Positions 27,664 to 37,129 of a DNA stretch of 64,000 nt are shown piece after piece. Both the position numbers and the translations under genes were made by a program. Under the pieces are notes generated by a model. That model had not been told where the DNA came from, did no database searches, and saw only the letters and a list, made by a program, of their open reading frames with translations. This DNA is from Candidatus Latescibacterota bacterium (lineage in GTDB: Bacteria > Krumholzibacteriota > Krumholzibacteriia > WVZY01 > JAKEHA01): contig OY970173.1 in NCBI GenBank assembly GCA_963707635.1, positions 2,976,001-3,040,000 of the forward strand. Direction: 5' to 3'. Position 1 is the first letter of the stretch, and every line of letters starts with the position of its first letter.

Positions 27664-30560
27664 ATCCTTGCGAAGTGACAGTTGGGACAGATTCCCAGGT
27701 TGGGGGTGCGCTCGTAGCGGCACCCGCCTTCTAAAATTGAGCGGTGAATTTCGACGGCGCGAGCCATCGCCCCCGCGACGGTTCCGGTGTCCACGGGGCC
27801 GTACCGGTACGGCCGCCGCGACCCCAGCGGGATGGGCGCCGGATGATGTCCCGGCGCGAGCTGGACACCGACGGCGAAGCTCTCATCGCCGGGCGGGAGC
27901 GCGTAGTACACGAAGCCGGCCGCGCCAACACCGTTGACCGCCGCCAAGGTGGTGTAGACGGGAATCTGCCAGTAGTCGGTTTCGATCTTATCGACCAGTG
28001 TGGGATGCGTGCGGGCGATGTTTCCCGAGGTCTTATAGTCGATGATCACCGATCCCAGACCCGTCACGTCGTCCATGCGGTCGATCTTCCCGCTCAGCGG
28101 CATACCTTCGACCTCGGCCTTCACGGACTCTTCCATGAAGCGTACGCGGTAGCTTCCCTCGCGTTGCGCCTCCAGCTCTGCCACGCTCACCAGCATGTCC
28201 TCGAGGTAGCGCACGGACAGGTCCCGCATCCAGGGTCCCGCATCCTTCATTGCTTCGGAGACCAGGCGCTCGGAGATCTCCCGCGTGCCGGCGCCACGCA
28301 GCGCGGCGCGCACCTCGTCGCCGCTCGATCCAGCGGGTATGATCTCGTTGAGCGCCTTGTGCACCAGGTTTCCGACGCGCAGGTAAATGGACTCGGGCTC
28401 GTCCAGCTTGAGCACCTTCCGGTAGAAGAACTGCCGCGGGCAACGCGCATAGGAACTGAGCTTCGAGGCGCTCATCGAAAACGACTCCAGCGCGGGCAAG
28501 CGTTCCGGCGGGGCGGGCGACGCCCACCATCCGGCCAGCGGGTCGAGCGCACGCAGACGCTCGGCGAGTTCCGGTGACGGCGGTGACGCCGCCACGGCGG
28601 CAGCAGCGCGGGCGCAGGGCGAGGTGGCGCGGCTGGCGGTCTCGCGCGTGAAACCCTCCTCCGGGCCCAGCACGCGCGCCGGGACCGTGGATTCGCCGGC
28701 GATCCGCGCGGGCGCCAGAATGGTGAGTGCCTCGCGCGCGCGTGTGAGCGCGGTGAGGAACAGCGCATTCTCCGCGCGCTCCACAGCCGCCTCGTCCACC
28801 CGCGCCACAATATCCGCCGCGGCGTCGGTGTCCACCTTTTCCAGCGCGCGCGCCAGCGCCGTCACGGGAATGTAGCCGTCGCGAACCGCGGCGGCCGGAA
28901 AGTGCCCTTCGGCGCAGCCGCACACGAACACGGTGTGGAACGAACGGCCCGTCGCCTCGCGCGGTGAGAGTAGCGCTACACGGCCGACGGAAGCAGGACG
29001 GTGGAGCGGCTCGCCGAGATAGGCGGCACGAAACTCGTCGAGCGACGCGCCACCTCCGGCGTTGTCCACCACTTCGGCGTAGCGCTGCCACTCCTCGATT
29101 ACGGCCGCCAGGGCAGCATGGGAGGCGGTGTCGCCGCGCGGCAGCGCAGGTGTGACACGTTCGCGCACCAGGCGCTCCAGATCGAAACCGCCGCCGCGCG
29201 GCGCGTACTCGCGCTTGAGGGCGCGGACGAGCCCGGTGACGTCGCCATATCCCTCGCAGAACCGAGGGGTGAAGGGCGACGCGGCGAGCGCGTCGGCAAA
29301 ACGGGCGTCCGCGTCCGCACCCAGCGCGCCGAAGAGCGAGCGCAAAAAGTCCGCCGCCGCGCCGTGCCCCTCTCCACCCGGGTCCAGCGGTACGCCCCAC
29401 TCGTGATACGCAATGAGGAGCGCGGAGCGGTATCGCGCCGGATTGCGCGCGATCACCGCGATATCGCGCGGCGCCACGCCGGCATCTAGCGCCGCACGCG
29501 CGCGCGTGGCGACGGCCTGCGCCTCGGCGATCTCGTCGTCTGCAATCACCAGCGTGGCCGTGCAGGCCCACGGTGGACGCACGTTCAGCGCGCCGGAGGC
29601 CCGCGCGTCCTGCAGGTTCTGAAAGAGTGGGAGATCCGCCGCGGCCGCAGTCGGACGCTCGGCACGCGACGTCTCGGCGACGAGCGAGTGTACGGTGGCG
29701 GCCAACGCAGCGTCGGTGGTTCGGGGCGTGTTCAGTTCGAAATCCACCGGCGCGTAATCGCGCGGGAACGACGTCGTGAAGAAGCGATCCGTCGTGCCAC
29801 GAAACGCAAAGCGCGCGCCGGTGGGATCGCCGAAGGCCTCCAGCGCCGTGGCACCTTGCGGTGGCACGAGGCGCGTCAGGAGGCGATACTGGCCGGGGTC
29901 GAGGTCGTGGAAGTCGTCTATCAACACCACGTCGAAGCCTGCCAACGGGGAGGAGATGCCGCCGGCGTCGAACCGCTCCGCCGCCCGCCAGGCGGCGTCG
30001 TAGAACGTCACCAGCCCGCGCTCGCCGCACACCTCGCGGTAGCGCGCGTAAGCATGAAGGACGTCGCGCGCGCGCGGGCCAGCGCCGCTGTCCGCACACG
30101 TGCGCGCAGCGTCCGGTGCGAGCCCGTGCTGTGCGAGCGCGTGGACCGCTTCCAGCAGGTCGCGCAGGAACGTGGACGAGGCCGCGATGGCGGAGAGATC
30201 GCTCGCCAGCAACGACGGCTCGCGGCGCAGCAGGCGGCCCAGCACGAGCAGCTCGTCGACGTCGCGCAGGGTGCGCAGGCGCGAGGGGTTGGCCGCGTTG
30301 AGGATGGCGGACGCGAGCAGGGCGTGGGTCGTCACCGGTTCCGGCCCGAGGCGGCCGGTGTTGGGCGGGATCACGAGCTCGACCAGGCGCTGGCGCTGTT
30401 CGTGACCGAAGGCCACAATGCCCGGCCGGCGCCCGCGCGCCTCCAGGGCGCGGAAGCGCTCTACCAGCAGCCTGGTCTTGCCGCTCCCGGGCGGGCCGAT
30501 AGCACGCAGGTGCCTCCCGGTGTGCTCGATGATGGCTCGCGCGGGGCTCTCCGGTGGCAT
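27636..30560 (-). CDS. Degenerate UvrD-like helicase - PD-(D/E)XK nuclease (AdnA/AddB-like subunit)
   Basis: GPPGSGKT, altered Walker B IDDFHD, ALTRAR. SASKL..YARCP, GKIDRMD, IDYKT, CPNCHFARIC. Confidence 0.87.
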   Translation of the reverse strand: MPPESPARAIIEHTGRHLRAIGPPGSGKTRLLVERFRALEARGRRPGIVAFGHEQRQRLVELVIPPNTGRLGPEPVTTHALLASAILNAANPSRLRTLRDVDELLVLGRLLRREPSLLASDLSAIAASSTFLRDLLEAVHALAQHGLAPDAARTCADSGAGPRARDVLHAYARYREVCGERGLVTFYDAAWRAAERFDAGGISSPLAGFDVVLIDDFHDLDPGQYRLLTRLVPPQGATALEAFGDPTGARFAFRGTTDRFFTTSFPRDYAPVDFELNTPRTTDAALAATVHSLVAETSRAERPTAAAADLPLFQNLQDARASGALNVRPPWACTATLVIADDEIAEAQAVATRARAALDAGVAPRDIAVIARNPARYRSALLIAYHEWGVPLDPGGEGHGAAADFLRSLFGALGADADARFADALAASPFTPRFCEGYGDVTGLVRALKREYAPRGGGFDLERLVRERVTPALPRGDTASHAALAAVIEEWQRYAEVVDNAGGGASLDEFRAAYLGEPLHRPASVGRVALLSPREATGRSFHTVFVCGCAEGHFPAAAVRDGYIPVTALARALEKVDTDAAADIVARVDEAAVERAENALFLTALTRAREALTILAPARIAGESTVPARVLGPEEGFTRETASRATSPCARAAAAVAASPPSPELAERLRALDPLAGWWASPAPPERLPALESFSMSASKLSSYARCPRQFFYRKVLKLDEPESIYLRVGNLVHKALNEIIPAGSSGDEVRAALRGAGTREISERLVSEAMKDAGPWMRDLSVRYLEDMLVSVAELEAQREGSYRVRFMEESVKAEVEGMPLSGKIDRMDDVTGLGSVIIDYKTSGNIARTHPTLVDKIETDYWQIPVYTTLAAVNGVGAAGFVYYALPPGDESFAVGVQLAPGHHPAPIPLGSRRPYRYGPVDTGTVAGAMARAVEIHRSILEGGCRYERTPNLGICPNCHFARICQRSQASI

Positions 30561-30571
30561 GGGTTCGTCGC

Positions 30572-31045
30572 CTACGTCGCTTCTGCCAGGCGCTTCACGC
30601 CCTCAATGGTGCGCAATGCCCTGCGTGCCATGAGACGCCGCAGGACGAGGGCGTTCAACACGCGCGTCTTCCACCCAATTGGTTCGTAGTAAGCTTCAAC
30701 GACCACATCCGTCTCGAAATCCCCATGCGGCACGAGGACGCTGTCCACGACAAAGTCCCGCAACCTCTTGCTGATCCCCCACGTGTCTTCAGGAAAAGCC
30801 GTGGCGAATCGTTCGCCTGGGACGTAGTCGACTACCTCCTCAACACAACTGCCTTTCCTACCCTCCAGTATCGTGCATCGGTACTTCACACCAGTCGCCC
30901 TCGTGCTCTGCCCTGATAGGAGATCAACCTTGCCGACCTCTGCATGGTACTTGGGAATCAGGGATATGTCGTCAACGATCGCCCAAAGCCGATCACGCGG
31001 GACCCTGATCCTCAACGACGTTCTCCACTGAAAGCGCCCTCTCAT
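30572..31045 (-). CDS. SRPBCC/START-like (polyketide cyclase-type) protein
   Basis: I.VP.DRLWAIVDD...IPKY start and C-terminal helix LRTIEGVKRLAE. Confidence 0.8.
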   Translation of the reverse strand: MRGRFQWRTSLRIRVPRDRLWAIVDDISLIPKYHAEVGKVDLLSGQSTRATGVKYRCTILEGRKGSCVEEVVDYVPGERFATAFPEDTWGISKRLRDFVVDSVLVPHGDFETDVVVEAYYEPIGWKTRVLNALVLRRLMARRALRTIEGVKRLAEAT

Positions 31046-31124
31046 CTCAAGAGCTCCTTCTGAATCATGAGTATCTTGCCCGCCTGATCCATCGGCGACG
31101 CGAACTGGAGTTTCGAGGGACGCA

Positions 31125-32456
31125 TCAGTCCTTCCGATGCTCTCGGAACGCCTCCAGTCTCTTCTTCAACTCCGCCTCCAGGCCCTCGCCACCCGGCTCG
31201 TAGAAACGCCGGCCGCGCAGCTCGTCGGGAAGGAACGACTGCGGCGTCGCGTCGGGATGGTCGGGCGGGTACATGTAGTCCTTGCCGTAACCGAGGTCCT
31301 TCATCAGTGGCGTGGGCGCGTTGCGGATGTGGAGCGGCACCGGGAGCGGTGGCGTCGAGTTCACCGTGTCGGCGGCGGCTCCGTAGCCGCGATAGACGGC
31401 GACGCTCTTCGGTGCGAGCGCGAGGTAGGTCACGCATTGCGCGAGTGCAAGCTTGCACTCCGGGTAACCGATGAAGTCCACCGCGTCGCGCGCGGCGATG
31501 GAAATCACGAGCGCGTTGGGGTCGGCATTGCCGACGTCCTCGGATGCAAACCGCACCAGGCGGCGCGCGATGTAGAGCGGGTCCTCACCCGCCTCGCACA
31601 TGCGCGCGAGCCAGTAGAGCGAGGCGTCGGCGTCCCCGCCCCGGAGACTCTTGTGCAGGGCCGAGATCAGGTTGAAGTGCGATTCGCCGGACTTGTCCGT
31701 CCAGACGACGCGGCGCTGCAGGGCGTCCTCCGCCAGCTTCCGCGTGAGCACGCGCGGGGGAGGCGTGCGCGCGAGCACCGAGCCCGCGTATTCGAGCGCG
31801 TTGAGCGCCACGCGCGCGTCTCCCTGCGCCAGGTCCGCGACGAACTCCAGCACGCCTTCCGCGGCGGCCAGTTCCAGGCTGCCCAGGCCGCGGTCGCGGT
31901 CGGCCAGCGCGCGCTCGAGGATCGTGACGATGCCCGCGGTTCCCAGCGGCTGCAGGACGAACACGCGCGACCTCGACAACAGGGGTCCGATCACTTCGAA
32001 GCTCGGATTCTCGGTGGTGGCGCCGATGAACACAATGGTGCCGTCTTCGATGTGGGGGAGAAACGCGTCCTGCTGGGCGCGGTTGAAGCGGTGGATCTCA
32101 TCGACGAACAGCAATAGCGGCCGCTCGTCGACCGTGCGGAGTTTCCTCGCGTCCGCGATGACGCGCTTGACGTCGCTGATGCTCGAGGTCACCGCGCTGA
32201 AGGGCACAAAACGGTTGCGCACGCGTGTCGCGATCAGCCGCGCGAGGGTGGTCTTTCCGCTCCCGGGCGGCCCCCACAGGATCATCGACTGCGTGAGCTC
32301 GCCCGCGTCGAGAGCGGTGCGCAAGAGCGTTCCCTCGCCGACGATGTCCTCCTGCCCCACCAGCTCGTCGAGCGTGCGCGGCCGCATGCGGTCCGCGAGC
32401 GGGGTGGCGCGCGCGGCGCCGGAGTCCCGGGGCAGAAGCTCGAACGGTTCGCTCAT
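31125..32456 (-). CDS. rarA: Replication-associated recombination protein A (AAA+)
   Basis: PLADRMRP, WGPPGSGKTT, DEIHRFNRAQQD, GATTENPSF, SALHKS.RG, ASEDVG.ADP, VPLHIRNAPT. Confidence 0.96.
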   Translation of the reverse strand: MSEPFELLPRDSGAARATPLADRMRPRTLDELVGQEDIVGEGTLLRTALDAGELTQSMILWGPPGSGKTTLARLIATRVRNRFVPFSAVTSSISDVKRVIADARKLRTVDERPLLLFVDEIHRFNRAQQDAFLPHIEDGTIVFIGATTENPSFEVIGPLLSRSRVFVLQPLGTAGIVTILERALADRDRGLGSLELAAAEGVLEFVADLAQGDARVALNALEYAGSVLARTPPPRVLTRKLAEDALQRRVVWTDKSGESHFNLISALHKSLRGGDADASLYWLARMCEAGEDPLYIARRLVRFASEDVGNADPNALVISIAARDAVDFIGYPECKLALAQCVTYLALAPKSVAVYRGYGAAADTVNSTPPLPVPLHIRNAPTPLMKDLGYGKDYMYPPDHPDATPQSFLPDELRGRRFYEPGGEGLEAELKKRLEAFREHRKD

Positions 32457-32496
32457 ATGGTTGCGCGTGGGTGCGCCGGCGCGTTCCGGCAGCCGG

Positions 32497-33450
32497 TCAT
32501 TTGTAGGCCGGTTTGCGGTCGAAGCGGTGGTGGGCGGTGATCGTGCGCACGGTGCCGGACTTGCTGCGCATCACGATCGAGTGGGTGACGGCGCCCCCGG
32601 GAACGAATTGCACGCCGGCCAGGACGTCGCTGTTGGTCACGCCGGTCGCGGCGAACATGGTGTTCTCGCCGCGCACGAAGTCGTCGATGCGCAATACCCG
32701 GTCCTTGCGCGCGAAGCCCGCGGACCGCAGCGACTCCGTTTCCGCGTCGTCGCGCGGCTCGAACTGCGCCTGCATATCGCCGCCGACACACTTGAGAGCG
32801 GCGGCGGCCAGCACCCCTTCGGGACTCCCGCCGATGCCCATGACCACGTCGATCCCGCTCGCGGGAACCGCCGTCGCCAGCATGGCGGTCAGGTCTCCGT
32901 CGGGCACGAGCAGGATCCGCGCCCCCGCGGCGCGCACGTCCTCGATCAGGTTGCGGTGGCGCTCCCGGTCCAGAATGCACACCGTCAAGTCTTCGACGTA
33001 GCATCGCTTCGCGTCCGCGATATTGACCAGATTGTCGAGCGCCCCGGCCCTGATGTTGATGCGCCCGGCCGCCTCGGGACCGACCGCGATCTTGTTCATG
33101 TACGGAACGGGCGGGTTCAGCAGCGAATCCCGGTTGGAGACGGCGATGGTGGAGATGGCGTAGTTGCGGCCGAAGGCGACCGACTCGATCGACTGCAGCG
33201 CGTCGACGGCGACATCGACTTCGGGAGCGTCGCCCGCCCTGGCGGCCGACTTGCGTTCGTTCGTGGCAACGGTTTCGGCGTCGCCGACCACGACCCGGCC
33301 GACGATCTTGACCGATTTCATGACCAGACTGACCGCCTCGCGAGCCGCGCGGTCGGCGGCCTCGCCGTCGCCCTTGCCCATCCAGCGGGCCGACGCCAAG
33401 GCGGCGGCCTCCGTGACCCGGACCAGTTCGAGAGCGAGGTTGCGTTCCAT
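32497..33450 (-). CDS. glpX: Class II fructose-1,6-bisphosphatase (GlpX) homolog with divergent active-site motifs
   Basis: LELVRVTEAAA, YMNKIAVG, LDRERH, DGD, GIGGSPEGVLAAAALKC.GG, FAATGVT, SIVMRSKSGTVR. Confidence 0.85.
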   Translation of the reverse strand: MERNLALELVRVTEAAALASARWMGKGDGEAADRAAREAVSLVMKSVKIVGRVVVGDAETVATNERKSAARAGDAPEVDVAVDALQSIESVAFGRNYAISTIAVSNRDSLLNPPVPYMNKIAVGPEAAGRINIRAGALDNLVNIADAKRCYVEDLTVCILDRERHRNLIEDVRAAGARILLVPDGDLTAMLATAVPASGIDVVMGIGGSPEGVLAAAALKCVGGDMQAQFEPRDDAETESLRSAGFARKDRVLRIDDFVRGENTMFAATGVTNSDVLAGVQFVPGGAVTHSIVMRSKSGTVRTITAHHRFDRKPAYK

Positions 33451-33478
33451 GAACGCCCGGGCGAGGGCGGGTCTGACC

Positions 33479-33907
33479 TCAGGCCGGGCCGCTGCCGCCG
33501 GGCTCCGACCCCGGCGCGCCGACGGCGTCCGGTTTGGACCGAGAAACCAGCAACTCGTTCAGCTCGCGAGCCATCTGGTACTGGTGAAAAGCGAATATGA
33601 ACGGGAAGAGCACGTACGCCACGCCGAACGTGAGCAGGTAGGCGATGGCGACGATCACAAACGAGAGGAAGAACCAGTTCCACTGGCCCAGGTAGAGGTA
33701 GCCTATCGACCCGGCCAGCGGGATCCAGCCCAGCACGAATCCCAGGAAACCGGCGAGACCGGGGCTCTTGGCCTCACGCTGGGGCTTCAGGCGCGTCCAT
33801 TCGCTGTTTTCCAGGAACGTGGCAACCGAACTGCGCAGCCGGCGTCCGCAGTGGGGGCACAACTCCGCCTTCTCGTCGACCTCACGTCCGCAATGTTTGC
33901 AATACAT
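33479..33907 (-). CDS. Zinc-ribbon + TM2-like membrane protein
   Basis: MYCKHCG...CPHCG, KSPGLAGFL...GYLYLGQW. Confidence 0.8.
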   Translation of the reverse strand: MYCKHCGREVDEKAELCPHCGRRLRSSVATFLENSEWTRLKPQREAKSPGLAGFLGFVLGWIPLAGSIGYLYLGQWNWFFLSFVIVAIAYLLTFGVAYVLFPFIFAFHQYQMARELNELLVSRSKPDAVGAPGSEPGGSGPA

Positions 33908-33978
33908 AGTTACCGCCTTCGAACGGGTCGGAACCCATCGGACACTATTGCGTCACTACGAGAGGAGAGAGCCGTTTG

Positions 33979-35178
33979 TTACGGTCCGAATGCGGCAAGA
34001 TTGGCCCGGGCGGTGGCATTGGCGGGATCGATCACGAGCACCCGGCGCCACTGCGCCCTGGCGTCCGGCAGCATACCACTTTCGGCGAGAACCACGCCAT
34101 AGTTATTGAGGCGAGCCGGGTCGTCCGGCTCCAACCGCACCGCGCGGCCCAGGTAGTCGCGCGCGCGCGCGAGGTCTCCCCGCCCGCGCCACGCCATGCC
34201 GAGCACGTCGAACGCCTCGCCGAGCGTGGGCGGCATGCGATCGATCCGCCCCGACGCGCGATCGATCCTCCCCGCCTCCACCTCCAGCGCGAACGCCTCC
34301 AGCCCGGAGATCGCCTCCCGGTAGCGCTCGAGCGCCACCTGCGCCCGCGCGAGGTACACCGAATCACTCCACTTGTGGCCGTCGCGCGCGACCAGGGTAT
34401 CGAACTCCGCGGCGGCTTCCGCGTTCTTGCCCACGCGGAGGTAGTGCCGCGCGAGGTTGCGTCGATACTCGGCCGGGCCGGGCCCGCCCCGCCCCACGGC
34501 GGCTTCGAACCGCGATTCCGCGCGGTCGTTATCACCGATGCGTTCGAGCGCAAGCGCGTAGTTGTTGTCGAACGCGGCGCCGTCCATCCCGAGGAGCTCG
34601 GCGCGTCCAAAACATTCCACCGCCGCGCTGTCGTCGACGCCGGTCAACCCGATTCCGACCGCGGCCACGAAGGCCGCGTTGTCGGGCTGGATCTCGCTCG
34701 CCAGCCTCCACTGCTCCAGCGCGGTCGGCTTGCGCCCCAGCTCGCTGAGCGCGAGGCCGTAGTTGAAATGCGTGAGCGGATCCGTGCCGCCGTATTTGAC
34801 CGCGACCTCGAACTCGGTGAGCGCGCGGCCGGTCTTGCCGTGCTCCATCAGCACGACGCCGAGTTTCAAGTGTGGCAGGTAGTCGCCGTATTCGATGCGA
34901 ATCGCCTGCTCGTACGCTTTCACGCTGCGGTCGAAGTCGCCGGCCCCGCGATACGCATCCCCGAGCATGGTGAACACCTGGTCGTCCTTCGGCGACTCCC
35001 GCGCGAGCGGTTCGAGCACGGCAACGGCGTCTTCGAATTGCCGGGCCACGAGCATGTCTGCAGCGCGCTGGCGCGTCTCGCTGGCGAGCGCGTCCTGCTC
35101 CTGCGTTTCCCGTCGCGCGGAGGACGCGCACCCGAGCAGCAGCAGGACCGCCACTCCGACCCGAATCGTCGACGTCAT
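33979..35178 (-). CDS. TPR-repeat lipoprotein
   Basis: Lipobox LLGC and many TPRs (LGDAYR, NYGLAL, NNYGVVL). Confidence 0.82.
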   Translation of the reverse strand: MTSTIRVGVAVLLLLGCASSARRETQEQDALASETRQRAADMLVARQFEDAVAVLEPLARESPKDDQVFTMLGDAYRGAGDFDRSVKAYEQAIRIEYGDYLPHLKLGVVLMEHGKTGRALTEFEVAVKYGGTDPLTHFNYGLALSELGRKPTALEQWRLASEIQPDNAAFVAAVGIGLTGVDDSAAVECFGRAELLGMDGAAFDNNYALALERIGDNDRAESRFEAAVGRGGPGPAEYRRNLARHYLRVGKNAEAAAEFDTLVARDGHKWSDSVYLARAQVALERYREAISGLEAFALEVEAGRIDRASGRIDRMPPTLGEAFDVLGMAWRGRGDLARARDYLGRAVRLEPDDPARLNNYGVVLAESGMLPDARAQWRRVLVIDPANATARANLAAFGP

Positions 35179-35285
35179 CGGCGACACTATATCGCCGCCG
35201 ACAACCGGCTTACAGCCCAAACCGAAAACAAAGCGGCCCATCGTCCGTTCGGACGACGGGCCGCTGCAGCCGGTTCGACGGATGG

Positions 35286-35786
35286 TTACAGTCCAGGGCG
35301 CATGCGGATCATGGTCGCGCGGAGCCTGCCGAGCCGGATGTTGAGCCAGTGGGAACGCGGGAGAAACCCGAGCACGGGCGGGCGGCGAATCCCCATGCGC
35401 GAGAGCTCGGACGCAGGGGCCGGGTGCATCCGGTCGAGCTTCCACGCGGTCAGAAACTCGCCGTATGCCGCGCCGGTGTTGCCCTCGAGGCGGAACACCT
35501 TGCCGAGGTTGACGCGATTCAGCGGGTCGTTTGGACTCATGCGCACCGCCTTCTCGCAGATCCTGCGCGCCGACTCGTAGTCTTCGCTCTCCACCGCGAC
35601 GCACAGCCCGTAGAGCGACAGGTAGGACGGCTGCTGCGGGCAGATCTGGAGCGCCATCTCCAGTTGCTTTCGCGCCGCGTCAACCTTGTTGCGATTCAGC
35701 AACTCGAGTGCACGATTGAAAAGTACGTTGGACTCGTGGGTGCCGTTGCGCTTGTCGATGTCTTCGAGTGTCCCGACGCTGCTCAT
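35286..35786 (-). CDS. Small TPR protein
   Basis: TPR helices (YLSLYGL, VNLGKVF) and C-terminal GIRRPPVLGFLPRSHWLN. GGGG RBS-like site. Confidence 0.78.
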   Translation of the reverse strand: MSSVGTLEDIDKRNGTHESNVLFNRALELLNRNKVDAARKQLEMALQICPQQPSYLSLYGLCVAVESEDYESARRICEKAVRMSPNDPLNRVNLGKVFRLEGNTGAAYGEFLTAWKLDRMHPAPASELSRMGIRRPPVLGFLPRSHWLNIRLGRLRATMIRMRPGL

Positions 35787-35934
35787 GCGATCGCCCCCGT
35801 GGTTACGTTGCGATGCGGCCGGCAATGCGGAGTGCACGAAATCGGATGGGAAAGGAGGCCGCGGGGATGGTCGAGCAATTCGTGTACCGTAGCAACCAGG
35901 CGCAACGGCGACGGGAACGGCGGCGAGCGGCCGG

Positions 35935-36993
35935 TTAGGGAATGGCGACGCCGCGCGGGAAATCGCGAAGCGTCTCGTCGGCGTGGAAAAGACCGACAAA
36001 CCGGTCGCCGTCCACGATCGCAGCGAAGGGCTTGCGCGCGTCGTGCAGGTACTTGTACACGCGCGTCGCCTCGGCGGCCGCCTCGGCCACCGGGAAATCG
36101 TAGCGCGCGATCGCCCCCAGCGGCTCCGCGTATCTGCCGTCGCGAACCGCCCGCAGCACGTCGGACGTCACCACCACCCCGGCGAGCGACCCCGATTCCG
36201 CCGCCAGCGCGTACGCCGCCGCGCTCTCGCTCCCCATATGCGTGGCGATGGTTTCGACCCGATCGCTGGCCGCGAACACTGGCGCCGCCACGTCGACCAC
36301 GTCGCCGACGCACTTGCCGGCGAGCCGCACGCGCATGCTTATCATCCGCTCCTCGAGCATCCCGCCGACGAACACGAACACCGCGATCAGGGCCAGCATG
36401 ATGAAGGCGGTATCGACGAACGCGGTCACGACGAACACGAGCGCCACCAGCTGGCCGACATCGCGCGCGCGACGGGTGGCCGCGAGGTACGGCATGCGCG
36501 TCGCCAGGGCGCCCCGGAGGATGCGCCCTCCGTCCATCGGATAGGCGGGAATCAAGTTGAAGACGCCCAGCACCAGATTCACCCACGCGAGATCCACGAG
36601 GAACCCCTCGCCGTGTGGCGGGGAGCCGGTCAGCGCGAGGGCGCCGAAGAGCAGACCGGCGATGACGAAGTTCACGATGGGCCCGGCGATGGCCACCGCG
36701 ATCTCCTGCCGCGGCGACTCGGGCAGCGATTCCGCGCGCGCCACGCCCCCGATGGGAAACAGCGTGATGTCACGAACCCGGATCCCGTAGCGCCGGACCT
36801 GGACGCAGTGCCCGAGCTCGTGCAGGACCACGCATCCGAAGACCGCCAGCACCAGCGCGGCGCCTTCCAGCGCGTCCCGCCAGGACCCGGTCCGCCCCGC
36901 CAGCACTGCGTACAGCAAGAGGATGAAAGGAAAGGTGGCGTGCACCCGGACCGGGATCCCGAAGTAGCGGCCGAGGCCGACGGTGTAGCGCAT
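35935..36993 (-). CDS. Site-2 protease (M50) with CBS-like C-terminus
   Basis: LHELGH, PIGGVA, AGPIVN, FNLIPAYPMDGGRILR. Confidence 0.92.
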   Translation of the reverse strand: MRYTVGLGRYFGIPVRVHATFPFILLLYAVLAGRTGSWRDALEGAALVLAVFGCVVLHELGHCVQVRRYGIRVRDITLFPIGGVARAESLPESPRQEIAVAIAGPIVNFVIAGLLFGALALTGSPPHGEGFLVDLAWVNLVLGVFNLIPAYPMDGGRILRGALATRMPYLAATRRARDVGQLVALVFVVTAFVDTAFIMLALIAVFVFVGGMLEERMISMRVRLAGKCVGDVVDVAAPVFAASDRVETIATHMGSESAAAYALAAESGSLAGVVVTSDVLRAVRDGRYAEPLGAIARYDFPVAEAAAEATRVYKYLHDARKPFAAIVDGDRFVGLFHADETLRDFPRGVAIP

Positions 36994-37129
36994 GCGACGG
37001 TTCCAACGCTCCTTGCGGCTGCGGCGCCGCCGTGCTAAAATGCTGCTACGGTGCGCCCCTACGCCACGTAACACGGTTTGCAGATGGTCTCTACCCTTCG
37101 CCCCGCCGACGCCGGCCGGGCGCGTTCCT

